Source: Utricularia gibba (lineage: Eukaryota > Plantae > Magnoliophyta). Taken from it: a stretch of DNA of 64,000 bases. The DNA is taken from contig NEEC01000004.1 in the NCBI GenBank assembly GCA_002189035.1, forward strand, positions 1,488,001 through 1,552,000. Reading direction: 5' to 3'. Position numbers and translations under genes: made by a program. The first letter of the stretch is position 1. Each line of letters begins with the position of its first letter. The notes below the pieces were generated by a model that was given only the letters and a program-made list of their open reading frames with translations, did no database searches and was not told the origin of the DNA. This document shows positions 1 through 11,689 of the stretch, piece after piece.

Positions 1-642
1 AAAAACTTTGCCTCGAGAAATACAAGTTCGCACTGGGAGATGTTGTGGCTTTTCGGTAGGTTTTTTTTTACTCCGTGGATCTCCTATTGCCTTGTGATGA
101 AATAATAAGTATGCTGCTCTGTGCTCTTTTTCTAATATTTGGTGTAATGGACATTTGGGTACCCATGTTACTGAATTCTCGAATGAGGGAATGTAGAACA
201 AACACTTGTTGATGTTAAACAGAATTCTTTGGAGGGGTTTCTCCAAAGTTGAAACTATCAGCAAATGAGATGGTTGAGTTGTGTTCACTTTTTCATGCAG
301 TTCGCCAACAAATTCAAAACAAAAACATGTGAAGAGAATTGTTGCGTTGCCAGGTGACAGGATTCATCTCTCATCCTTCGATACCATAAGGGTCCCTGAA
401 GGGCATTGCTGGGTAGTTGGAGATAATGCAGCCTGTAGTAACGATTCAAGATCATATGGCCCGGTATGTTCAATCATGATAACCGCGTTGGCTGCTGCAT
501 GATGAATTAATTCTTTGCATGTCGTTTCTGGGATTTGCAGATACCACTGGGTTTGATATGCGGCCGAGTTACCCATGTCGTGTGGCCGCCTCAAAGAATA
601 GGCCGAGTTGGTGGTAGAAACAACACTTTGCCGCAAGGTTAA
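1..642 (+). CDS. IMP2: Mitochondrial inner membrane protease subunit 2 (peptidase S26), 5'-truncated by the window edge
   Basis: Exons 1-55, 301-463 and 541-642 with GT-AG introns. Motifs KRIVALPGD, VPEGHCWVVGDN..SNDSRSYGP and IPLGLICGRVTHVVWPPQRIG. Confidence 0.9.
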
Positions 643-833
643 ATTTGGGGTTCAAAGAACATCATTATATCCTGAAGAACAGCACCGTTTCTTTCAAAGC
701 TTATTCGTTTACTGTCTCTTATTACCAGAAGGTGCTGAAAACATTATTGTATGTTGCAACTTCATCTCACAGTTTACAGGAATGAAGATTAGAATTTAGA
801 ACCCTTGGCCATCATCATCACTACATGAAATTC

Positions 834-1690
834 CTAGATAGCCCTCGGTAAGATAAGCCAATCCCTCAAGCACAAGACATCTGGTGTCGTCCTCAAGACT
901 GCTTCCTCTGCATTGAAAGCAGCATCACCAGAGGCTAATATATCCATCCGAGATGCAGATATCTTTGGCAATGTTAGAATATGGAATTCTTCATCATCAT
1001 CATCATCATGGCCATCCAAATGAGGAAGTGCATGATAATGTTCAGTCTGATGAAGCACAGGGTATGCGGAAGATGAGTGCTTCTGGTTGCGAAGAAGAAT
1101 CCATACATGTGCAAGAGCTCGGGGACGATGAGAAATAGGTGATTTCTCCAGCGCTACCGCAGATGCTTTTGACACCAATCATAAATCTGGAATCAGTGAG
1201 ACCACCGCAGAAATTGCCAGAAAATTTCTCAAACCACCTTCCCTGATGCCAGGATCCAAAAGGTTCGCAACAAGATAGAAACACACAGGGAGCTCCTTGA
1301 AACATGTAAAAAACCTTCTCAAACCTTGTCTCAACACAAGCACCAAACGCTTCATCGGAAGAGAATCTCTTGAAAACGAAGGTGGTTTCAACTAAAGCAT
1401 GAAGAGCATTATGCGCAGTGAGGGAGTTAACTCGGTCAAGTTACTTGGTTAATGGTTGAAGCATGCTCAAATGTCAACAAGAGCAGCAAGTTTATCAACA
1501 TCAGAATGGTGTGTTCTTGTAGGAGAGTTCTCAACTGTTTCTGAATATCGAATCACGACATCCTTAAAACGGATTAAAGCTTGTAAGTTGAATTCTATTT
1601 TGGGAGTCCTCGAGCTTAAAACAATTGAAACGAATGCGAGATATTTGACTTCTCAGTCTCCACAAAACAGAGAAAAACATGAACTTGTGT
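834..1690 (-). mobile_element. Decayed hAT (Ac/SLEEPER-like) transposase remnant
   Basis: Minus-strand fragments fall in hAT order. PK*NSTYKL*SVL at ~1565-1605 matches TRWNSTYLML with W changed to stop. YLVANLLDPGI follows, then dimerisation-domain-like FHILT..SRMDILAS..AAFN..VLCLRDWL. Several stops and frameshifts; no TIRs seen. Confidence 0.7.
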
Positions 1691-1729
1691 GATCAAGGAG
1701 CTAAGTAGACTGAAAGCATCTTCCACACA

Positions 1730-2022
1730 CGAACGCTGACACTTCGATGGAAGGTTCCTACTGATTTGCAATGATGCCCTGAGCTAAAACAAAAGATGGA
1801 AATTCCTTCTGATTTGCAAGATGATGATGTTTTCTATTTGGTCACTAGATATGGATTTCAACATTGTAATAAATGTTCCCTTCAGTTTTCCAACGGGTGG
1901 AATGCCATAACAAGCACTTTTGATATTGAAGGGATGTTCCTCGTCCCTTCTGAAGTAGAGCAGATGAAGCAATTCTACTGTACAGGTTTGTGCTTCTCTG
2001 GGAAATTCAAATCCTTTTCTTT
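1730..2022 (+). pseudogene. Diverged relic of the last exon and 3' UTR of the PITH-domain gene (paralogous to ~9250-9598)
   Basis: Collinear blocks shared with 9290-9598: caaaagatgga..ttccttctga.ttgcaagatgatg, ctatttggtca, agatatggatt.caac.ttgtaataaatgt, tagagcagatgaag, tgtacaggtttgtgcttctc, tccttttctt. Confidence 0.85.
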
Positions 2023-2040
2023 GTACATGTGTTGCTTGTA

Positions 2041-4652
2041 TCACATGATTGAAAACTCATCATGCAGACCATCTAATTCGCCTCTTAGACTGTGCTGCTG
2101 AATGATCAGAACAGATGCAGTAGCTGAAAAAGCTGACGTAGAGAGGATATCTCCAATAGGGCCGAGTTCAGGGCACTCCTCCCAGTCATTCATCCCCACT
2201 GTCAAGATGGAGTTCACTCTTCCACCTCGTCCGACTATAAAAAGGCCATACTGCCCCTCCAGCGACTGCAGAGTTGAGAACGTTTGCCCAGAGTTGCTAA
2301 GGTACTTCTCCATGTAAGACACATTCCCTATTGCTACATGCCTGTCATAGAATTCTGCAAAGCATTCATCATCAGCTTTCATCTCCTCTTGATGTTCTGA
2401 TGTTTTGGACTTTGCAATGCTGATTATTGATGAAACACTGTCTCCAATGGCTTCCAAGAGAAACCGTATGACGGTAAGTTTCACACTGGGGTGGCAAGCC
2501 AATCGACCGGCATAAGCCAATGCCTCTCTGTCATCTTTACCTCCTATGAAAATTACTGCTGCATGTAGAGATGTTGCTGTGTTCGAGATTGTCAATGCAC
2601 CAAGGCCACGATCCACAAGAATCCCCACAGAACAAGGAGCACGTCGAAGGATCTGTGAAAGATCTCCTTCATGTTAAGTAAAACGAAAAGGGGTTGATTA
2701 GAGAAGCTCTTTTTGTACCTTACGGTTGACAGAACGAAAGCCGGAGTTGCTGACAGTGAGCCTCCCACCGGGTTCCTGTTGCTTGTGAAACGGCAATATG
2801 ATGAGGGAAACCATCAAGTCCTCAGCCAGAATGCACACATCTTGGTGCATGTTGTTCATGGTTGAAAGAGCAAGCATTCTCCGGACACTGATCCCATCAG
2901 CATTGCTCTGCAAGTAAGCATTTACTGCATTGCTTATTTGCTCCCTCATTGCCACCACTGCAGGGTCTGTCACAGTGACTCCAGCATCACCCTCTTCATT
3001 GTGAGTCAATGTGGCTGCAATTTTATCAGTTAGCTCAACCATGTCTGCAACGTACACCAACATTCCCGGCTCAACAGGTCCTCGGGAGATTGCCATAAAG
3101 TTTATGGCGCAAGAAACATCATGGGGACCTTGGAGGCAAACCAAAAGATGAAGCTCGTTTGAAGGATTGTGCCACTGAAGCGCCATTCTTTTTGTGGGCG
3201 ACCGCTTTCTAGCTCGCTTGATGATGCTTGCCACGACTAGTGGGGTGTATATGATGGTTCCAAATGTGGCAAACACCATGGCGATGCTTGTAGCTATACT
3301 TGTGATCTCCATCTGCAGTGAACACAACATCAAAACTGCTCTTTTCATTTGGCAGGTACAAGATGATCATAGAAATGTACAGGGAACAGTGAGCTTACAT
3401 TTGCGGTCATTATAGCCAAATAGACATGAAAATGTCCTTTGACGTTTAGCAGAAGTCCAATGGCAATAGAGTCTTGCCAATGAAATCCCATGATCCCTCC
3501 AAACACACATGTACCAACAACTTTTCCCGTAGTAGCAATCAAGAAAATGAAAATCAATGTGATCCATGTCTTGAACTTTCCAGCTTCAAAGTAAGCCAGC
3601 TGAGCCTCTGTACCAACCCAGAAGAAGAAAAGTGGATAGAAAATAGCTACAAAGAAGTAGTTCACCTTGTTGATCATTAGCTTGGATATCCTCCCTTCTC
3701 TAGGCATGAACACCCCTGCCAAAAACGCGCTCAAGACCTTGTTATAACTGGCAAAAATGGGTGAAAGACTGCATATCATTACAACATATGCCACTGCTAG
3801 GATCAGATGTGATCCCTTCATTGGTTTGCCTTCTGGATTTGAACTGTTTACCCAGTTCATGATAAAGGGAGTCACCTTTGCTGCTAAAGCAATTTGAATC
3901 ACTAAAAGTGAAGTCATGGTTACAATAGCTTTCACGCTCCTATATCGAAATCCGGACAGTGGATCAAAGACCACGAACCCAATGCAGATGAACAGAGTGG
4001 AAACCAAATCAGTGTGAACGCCAGCAGAGACAACAAATCTGCCTATATCAGACTTCCCAATCTTGAGATCTGTTATAATCCTTGTAAGAAGAGGACTGGC
4101 TGTTGTTGAAACTATTACTGATAGACACAAATTGAAAGGGGCACTCGCTGCTTCAGGCACATTAAGGAATGGGGTTAAAAATGAAGCCATAACAAACGTG
4201 ATAAGAACTCCAGTGTAAGCTACTTTGGCCTCAAGGAGATGAATTTGAAGAAAAATGTTGGGATCAACTTCTAGTCCAACAACAAACATATGAAGAACCA
4301 TGGCCACATCTACAATGTACTGCAATGTATTCTGTATCCCCTCACCGGCTGTATGCTTCCGTATAATCGATAAGTTACTCAGCAGCAAACCTACCTACAT
4401 ATACATACATTCTACAGATCATCAGTTTCAGACACCCAAAAAAGGTATTCCTGGATTGGGAAAACTTACAATGCATTCGGAGATGATCCTCGGCTGCGAG
4501 AGGGGGCGTAGCCAAAAGTGTAGAAGGTTGCAAAGGAAAACAATGAAGAAGAAACCGAGCATATACACAGCAATGGTGGCAAGTTTGTAGGTCATTCCAC
4601 CAGTGGTGCAGAGTGCTTCATTTGTCATGTTCCTCAGATTCTGAATATCCAT
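2041..4652 (-). CDS. CHX28: Cation/H+ antiporter, CHX28-like, 4 exons
   Basis: LRPLSQPRIISE, TASPLLTRIITDLKIGKSDIG, LLLNVKGHF, FIGGKDDREALAYAGR, ECPELGPIGDIL. Splice sites at 4470/4394, ~3399 and ~2720/2652. Confidence 0.9.
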
Positions 4653-5514
4653 TTCTTTCTCAGATTGCAATTCCCGATCAAACAAACACCTGATATCACA
4701 ATCTCCCCTTTGGGTTTTTACTTCGATCACAATCACACCAATCTGGTTTTCCTGCGTTCTGCACAAGTCACATGGATTTAGGTGCTTTAGTGGTCAGGAA
4801 GAATTCACAAATTTACATATTATACATATTTTTGGGCCATGCAAAATATAAATATTTATAATTTATTATGGAATGGCGTCAACCTTCTTTCACCTTCCTC
4901 CTTTCTGTCTTGATTGTATGATATTAACTAGATTTCCCATATTGATATTATTTGCTTTTTTATGCTTTTGACAAGCAGGTTCAGCAACAAGTTCTTGATA
5001 TTACTTACCTCAACTCTGCACTCTGGATATTATGAACAGAACTCTGAACTCAATTGTCCAGAATGGTTAACAAGATGAAAACTTTTTAACCCTTTTGTAT
5101 CAGAAGTTGCTATGAGAAATAGCATTACCAGAGGCACAAGGTTTAGGCATAACAAAGAACACAACATGTATTATATATAGCACATCATTTGAAAAAAAAA
5201 CTGTATTTACAAAACTTGCACATTTTATGGATACAAAGCAGCTAAGAACTTTGTACAAAAAATTCCTACGAGATTGTTGATGGAGAAACACCACCGAAGC
5301 AGAAACCACCCGTTGGCAGGTGCTAACTCTTCACAAATACCCCTTCACTACAAGTGTATCCACCGGAGGATTTAGACAAGCTTCCGATTCCTTACTTCAT
5401 GAAATGTTAATCCTAAATCAATGCCTGCAGGCACATCAGAATCCGATACTCAAGGATAAATGAGACTACTGAACAGACTGAGCTTCCTCTTTAAATACGT
5501 ATCTGCAGCGGAAG

Positions 5515-5570
5515 ATAGTTTGTCACTGCAACATCAAAACAAACCCCGTGCCTGACTGAAGGGCCAATCC
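5515..5570 (-). pseudogene. Partial duplicate of the 5' hairpin of the H/ACA-like RNA at 6378-6525
   Basis: acaaaccccgtgcctgactgaagggcca here versus acaaaccccgtgtctgactgaagtgcca at 6497-6524. Confidence 0.5.
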
Positions 5571-5647
5571 AAAAATAAGCGCAAGGAGCCAAATTTTTCA
5601 CAGAAGGAAGCATGAAAATCGAAGAGCTTGAAGAAGGCCAGAAAGCT

Positions 5648-5735
5648 ATGTTCAGAAGCCAAGGGTAAAAAATTACATCACAAAGGAGTCAACAAAGAGC
5701 TACCCTTTTTTACATGAGTGATGCGTATGAAACAG
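5648..5735 (-). pseudogene. Degenerate duplicate of the U13-like snoRNA
   Basis: Shares the 3' end cttggcttCTGA and tttcata with the 6121-6232 copy, but has lost the CTTGTTACG antisense element. Confidence 0.5.
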
Positions 5736-6120
5736 AATAAATAAACCCTGTCAAATTTCATGAGTGTGCGCGCAACGCGTTTAAAGAAATATGGTCGATT
5801 CAACGCAAACGCATAGTTTCCGCCATCAAGAACACTACTAAAACAGCGAGTCTTTCTTACACTTCCATGCAAATCTTGTTGTATCATTCTCAAAATCAAT
5901 TCTAAACGCGTGTCTGGAAGAAGCCCATCTACAATATAAAAAAGGACACCGAAAGATCAACGAGCATCCATCACGATTTCAAGCTAAGACTTCAGGCAAA
6001 GACCTTTACAAAACGCAGTCAATAGTGATCTTGTCACAAGACCTTGAATTCAGACAAGCCTTATTAATAATGGTTGAACGCGTCTGTAAAGAACAGTATG
6101 CATAAAGATCCAAAAATATG

Positions 6121-6232
6121 CTCAGAAGCCAAGCGTAACAAGTTTGTTCATAGAAGAACCAACACAAAGCAAGCTCTTCTCACTTATTAGCTATTCGTCC
6201 TCGCATCAACTCATAGATATGAAATGGGATCC
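6121..6232 (-). ncRNA. U13/SNORD13-like box C/D snoRNA (candidate 18S helix-45 ac4C guide)
   Basis: About 110 nt. 5' GAUCC and UUCAU and internal CUUGUUACG (6134-6142) are all complementary to the 18S 3' end (GUCGUAACAAGG..GUGAA..GGAUC). Terminal D box CUGA at 6122-6125. C box is degenerate (UUGAUGC or AGGACGA). Confidence 0.6.
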
Positions 6233-6295
6233 ATCAATTGTCTCTAAAAGGCTGAAACCAAGCTTCAGGTTCTTCTCTAGTTTCATCATAGATGA
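6233..6295 (-). ncRNA. Possible short box C/D snoRNA
   Basis: Perfect C box AUGAUGA (6283-6289) followed by CUGA (6265-6268), inside the snoRNA cluster. No convincing target identified. Confidence 0.3.
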
Positions 6296-6377
6296 GTCCG
6301 TGAGCCAGGAAATTACCAAATCTCAGAAAACAACAACAACGATCATTGCTAAAAAAAAAAAAAAATCTTTTTCTGCA

Positions 6378-6525
6378 AAAATATAGCTACTGCAAATTTG
6401 AAGTGAAGCCGTGAGTAGAAACAACTTACTCCAATCGTGATTAGTAGCTCTATATAGGCACCATGCAAAAGGTGGTCTGTGATTGCAAAAATCAACACAA
6501 ACCCCGTGTCTGACTGAAGTGCCAT
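6378..6525 (-). ncRNA. Candidate box H/ACA snoRNA
   Basis: About 147 nt, hairpin-hinge-hairpin-tail layout: GGCAC..GUGCC, A-rich hinge UAUAUAGA, GCUACU..AGUAGC, then AUA followed by U's. The hinge is not a perfect ANANNA. Confidence 0.55.
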
Positions 6526-6654
6526 CAATCACAGAGCAACATTGACACGAAAAAAAAAGCTTTTATGGATCTTCAAACTTGTAGAAATCAACAAAATGTG
6601 CACGTAGTGCAGATTTTAAATAGCTACGGCAAACTGAAGATCAACATAGGAATT

Positions 6655-7165
6655 CCTAAACCCTAACACATTGGGATAACAAAAGAGTTCGGCGTCACTC
6701 AGTCGGCGGCAGCCAGCCACCACCATACGAAAAACAAACCCTAAACCTACTGATACAAGAAGTGCAAAATGTTTGCATATTTATATCGACAGCATCTAAA
6801 AATACCCCAAAATTCCATACGCTATCCAAATAACGGGGCTAAACTGCGCCGCAGCCAACTCAAAAGTTAAAACGCGCTGATTAAAATTACACCGAAATCT
6901 GTGCTAGAATACGCTTGTGATGTCAGATACTAAAATACGCACTAGTCACTCACAGGCCCCGTGAGATCCATGGAGCTAGTCAGGCCTAACCCTTTTAATA
7001 AACTATGGGCCTGGGCTTCTTCCGAGCTTCCGTCCAAGACCTAGTCCACTATTTAATGGGCTTATATAGAGATCTGGCCCATGACCATTTAAAAGGGTGG
7101 GCCCACAAAACAGTTAGTTGGGCTCCATTCACTAAATACAAGGAAATTTAGATAGCCACGTGGTG
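6655..7165. promoter_or_regulatory. Telo-box / site II / TATA promoter of the snoRNA cluster, divergent from the PITH gene
   Basis: AAACCCTAA at 6658-6666 and 6736-6744. TATAAATA on the minus strand at 6778-6785. At least five TGGGCY/RGCCCA site II motifs at 7006-7125. G-box CACGTG at ~7157. Confidence 0.65.
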
Positions 7166-7464
7166 TAAAATATGATTATAAAACACGTGACAAATATATG
7201 AAAAGTATCAAGTGAATTGAGTGTGGAATTTATTTATTATAATTGATTTTTAATATTATTTAGTATACGATATTCGTTTTAAATATATTTATAAAATATT
7301 TTAATTTTAGTTATTGAAAATGTATTTATTTAAATTATAAATAACTTAAATATATCATTAATTCAAACTAGCAAAGGTTTGCTGTGAGGCGGAAATTGGC
7401 CCCCGACTTGCGCGCCCTACCCAGGTGTGATTGAAGATATCTCCGCGGAGTAATATAATACAAA

Positions 7465-9291
7465 ATGGCTTGCCTGCACGATCATAGCTGCGAGGAGCAC
7501 GATTGCTCCTCTGATTGGTCTCTCTACAAGCATATTGATCTTCCAAAGGTGTCATCACTATTTGGATTTTTATATCTTCGTAATTTGTTATGGTGATGTC
7601 TGTTTAGTATTGTAATAATGGATTTCTCACTAAAACAAGTTGAAAAATTTGATTGTGGATATGAATTGGATGTGGGTTCTTTACTTTGTTGTAGAAGAGT
7701 AGCACTTTTCTCCATTTTTTTCTGCGGGTTGCCACCTGGAATGATTGATGCATAATGTGTGTTGATATGAGATTAAGAGTGTCATTCTCACCTTTACATC
7801 TTAGTTATTCATGTGTAGTATATTAATATGCTCGTTTCCTGTTCGATGTCCTTATAAGCTGAAAAGATTCTTGACAAAGTTCTGACAGGCTTGGCTTGTG
7901 TTTAATTTAAAATTACTTTGATAATGGAGAAGGTTTCTGCACTGAACGAAGCTGTAACTGGAAGTGTAAAGTCAGTATTCAGGGCTTGGGAGCAACGTCT
8001 TAATTTAGCGGAGGTACTCTTATACCAGGAACGTGCACCATAGATGGGATGATAGTGTTATGGATTCTGCAGTTGAAGTTGTTTGTGGTGTGGGATATTA
8101 TTCTGGTTTTTTTTTATTTTATATCTGAGGATTATATTCAATTTTTTTTGAATGTGCAGGCTCCCTTGGAAAGCAATGAAGGTGACCCTGAGTTGCTTGT
8201 ATTCATCCCGTAAGTACAATGTACACAATGTTACTGAAAAAACTTGCACCAAGTTAAAACATTTTCTTTCCATCAAGTCTAGTAAAGTTTTTTTTTTTTT
8301 TTCCCATTTCTTATAGCTTTACATCTGATGTTAAAATCAAAAGCATTTCAATTGTTGGAGGTTCGAATGGAACAAGTCCTGCAAAGATGAGAGCGTGAGT
8401 TAACTATTGCATAATTTGCAGCCAGGATGTTGCTCCAACTCTATCAAATCTATTCCACTGACTATTCATTGTTTTTGGTAAAAATAGATTCATCAACAGG
8501 GAAGGCATTGATTTTTCAGACGCCAGTAGTATGCAGCCTATACAGGTGTTATGGTATTAGTGATCTCTCTAGAAGAGTAGTTAATATTTCGTTAGAATAA
8601 ACTTATTTATCAATTTCAGGAGTGGGATTTGGTGGAAAATTTACAAGGACTTTTGGAATACCAGACCAGGTGAAGTCTTTGTATTTTCTTTCAAATAGCA
8701 TAATTGTTTCGAAGATTCCAACAATTAGTGAACTTTTTAGCGAGTCTAGTATTTTTTTTTTCTTATCTGCATAGTCAACAGATATTCAAGATTCCAGAGT
8801 GTGGGAAACATCACTTTGCATTTCCCAGATAATTTCGGTGGAGATTCAACTCAGATATACTACATTGGGTTGAAAGGAGAAGCTACTCAGGTGGTTTTGG
8901 CGCTAGTACATTGTCCAATGCATTCATCATTTTGTATTTTGCTACTCAAACTTACACCCCTTTTGATTTCCACTTGGTGCAGCTTAAGAGAGACGCAGTT
9001 GCTAACATAGTGTATGAACTTATGCCAAATCCATCAGATCACAAGTGTGTACACTCTCCTTGCCTAGATTATTCAAATCTTTGAAAATCTTTTTTTTCCC
9101 AGAAAAAGTTATGTGATAATCCTATTACTGCATATGTATATAGCAACCCATGTTCTTATTTTCCTAAACCTCTCCCCAAGCCTGCTTTCCAATGCATACA
9201 TATGTAGTTCATGATAACAGCATATCTGTAACTTACATTATATGTGGGCAGAACTCGCGCTGAGACAGGAGGTGGCCTTTCAGAAGTGTAA
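7465..9291 (+). CDS. PITH domain-containing protein (At3g04780-like), multi-exon
   Basis: MACLHDHSCEEHDCSSDWSLYKHIDL, ESNEGDPELLVFIP, ITLHFPDNFGGDSTQIYYIGLKGEATQ, VYELMPNPSDHK. GT-AG introns. Confidence 0.92.
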
Positions 9292-10140
9292 TGATGCTCT
9301 GGGCTAAAGCAAAAGATGGATGTTCCTTCTGACTTGCAAGATGATGTATTTACTATTTGGTCATCAGCAGATATGGATTCCAACTTTGTAATAAATGTCC
9401 CTCAGTTTTCCAATGGCTGGAATACCATGACAAGCACTTTGGATTTTGGGCTACAGCAATGCAGTTGATACTATAAATCATTGTGATTGTTTCTTCATCC
9501 CTAACGATGCACTTACTTTCCTTTTGTACTAGAGCAGATGAAGGAAGCATCTTCCCCATTCCCCTTGTACAGGTTTGTGCTTCTCAAGTCCTTTTCTTAA
9601 ATGGGCTTTAGCCAAGTTGGTGTGCTGGCCCATGTTGGGCCCACCCAACCCATCTTGAACTGGACCACAGGCTTCTCCCACTGTTCATGGGTGGCCCCAC
9701 ATGAGCAAAATTAGGTAAGTTTTCGTCGAAAGCAAGATCGCCACGTGGAATGCAAATCCAGCAGTTTTCATGTCATTAAATATCTTTATGGGATAGTTGT
9801 GAATGCAAAGAAGCCTGGTGGGCAGGTAGCACGATGGCGACCCACCGGTTGATATACAAATTTGGCATATGTATGTGATTTTTTTTAACCATTGTTTTGG
9901 TACATGAATAAATTATACCAAGTATAAGAGGAGACATATAAAAATAAGATATATGACAGTATAATTTTATCTCAACATTTAATCTTTCATTATTTTATTT
10001 CATATTCATTATATAAATTATTTTGAATATAATTTATCCTACCTATCAAATATCTTATTTTTATTTTCCCATTTAACTATTCCACTTTATACTTTCTACC
10101 AAACACACTCTTAATATATAATAATGGAAATAGTTTGTAT

Positions 10141-10513
10141 ATATGATACCCGATCCATAAGTTTCAAGATCTTGATCGTCAAAAACCGACCAAAGATTTG
10201 AAGAACTCAACCGACCCACTAGCAAACATAAGAAATGATTTAAAAATCAGAATATCATATGATATGTGCATGAGAAAATCATTATTTATTATTTTAATAC
10301 ATTAAAAAAAGGAAGCATGATGAAATTTGTAAATGACTAATAATTTGCATATGATCCTCGTTGAGAAGTTTCAAGATCTCCACCGACCGATCAAAGGTTT
10401 GAATAACTCCACCGACCCACCTGCCAATTTATGGAAATATTTAGAAATCAGAATATCATATGATATGTGCATGAGAAAATCGATATTTTTTTTATTTCAA
10501 TACACAAAAAAGT
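10141..10513. repeat. Imperfect tandem direct duplication, period ~205 bp
   Basis: 10141-10311 versus 10348-10513. Identical core aaatcagaatatcatatgatatgtgcatgagaaaatc, which contains the palindrome atatcatatgatat. Confidence 0.85.
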
Positions 10514-11689
10514 AATATTTTTTTAATCAGAACCCTATGGACGGTGAAACTTCTAAATGACGAATATCCATTACAAATTATGTATTTAAAATTGCTATAA
10601 TAATATTTTTTTTCTTAAGAAATATTAAATAAGAAACAAAAAAAAAAAAAGAATAGTGCCCACTCTTTCCCAATAGGGTTGTCGGTCTCCACGTAAATAT
10701 CCTTGAATTGGGTGACAGTGATTTTTACAATAAGATCGTATTTAATAGAGTTATTTACAATTTAAAATACGTATGCTTATAATTACGTATCTTTGGTTTA
10801 ATTGTTATTGAATATCACCCCAATAATATGTATAAAATTCGAATTTTGTTAATCATTGAGTTCTACTCTTATTTTTATTTATTCTGAGAATATTTATTAA
10901 ATATAATAATATTTAAAAAATGTTAATTATAATCATATAATCTACTTAAATTGATAATTATGTATATTAAGTGTTGTTTGACTGTGTTATGTGGGTCAAA
11001 ATTGGCAATATCGGTAATGAAAGGTTTATTTAGTAAATGGTGCCCAAAAGTGCAATTAATGAAAGAAGAGGGATTTGACGTGAAAAGGAAGGAATTCGTG
11101 AAGGCGAAGGCAAATGGGTGAGAAAAGTGAAGAAGAAGGAGGAGGAGGAGAAGAGGAAGGAAGGGAGGTGTGACTGTCCATGGATCCGATGGGGATGGCC
11201 GACTGACCCGACCCGTTCCGGTAAAGAGTTGGATGGAGGTGGTTAGGGTGACATTCATCCACCACCGCGAAACCCGATGAAAAGTACAATCAGTAGATGC
11301 ACTAAATTCCGTGTAGGGTAAAGGCGTCATTCGACGACGGAATCGGTGTCGGCTGAATTAAAACCGGTGGGATGTAATCAGGAAGTGATTTCAGAGTTGG
11401 GGCCGGGACTGTCGGTGGCTCAGTGAACGTTACAATTTGCGCAAGGATCGATCGTGTCTATTCGTATTTGTTGTTGTTGTTGGAGTTACAGAGAGAGAAA
11501 GTGGGTGACGAGGAAGAAAGAGGAGGAGGATTGGTATATTATTAACCTGAGGCTCTCCGCTCCTTCGCTGCCTCTAGATTTCTGTTCAAGGGAAGCACCG
11601 AAATCAGGGGGATCCCGGATCATTTCTGTTGCTTCTTCCTTTCTTTCTACTTTTGGCGGAACATAAAACACAAGAAAAAGCGGAGCGCA

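Noticed and set aside
6600-6760. Telomerase RNA on the + strand (CCTAAACCCTAA template-like)
   Set aside because: No RTCCCACATCG USE/TATA upstream. The context (two telo-boxes, site II motifs, minus-strand TATA) fits a snoRNA promoter better.
10923-11330. Minus-strand ORFs upstream of NDL
   Set aside because: They arise from a low-complexity GA-rich tract and have no recognisable domain.
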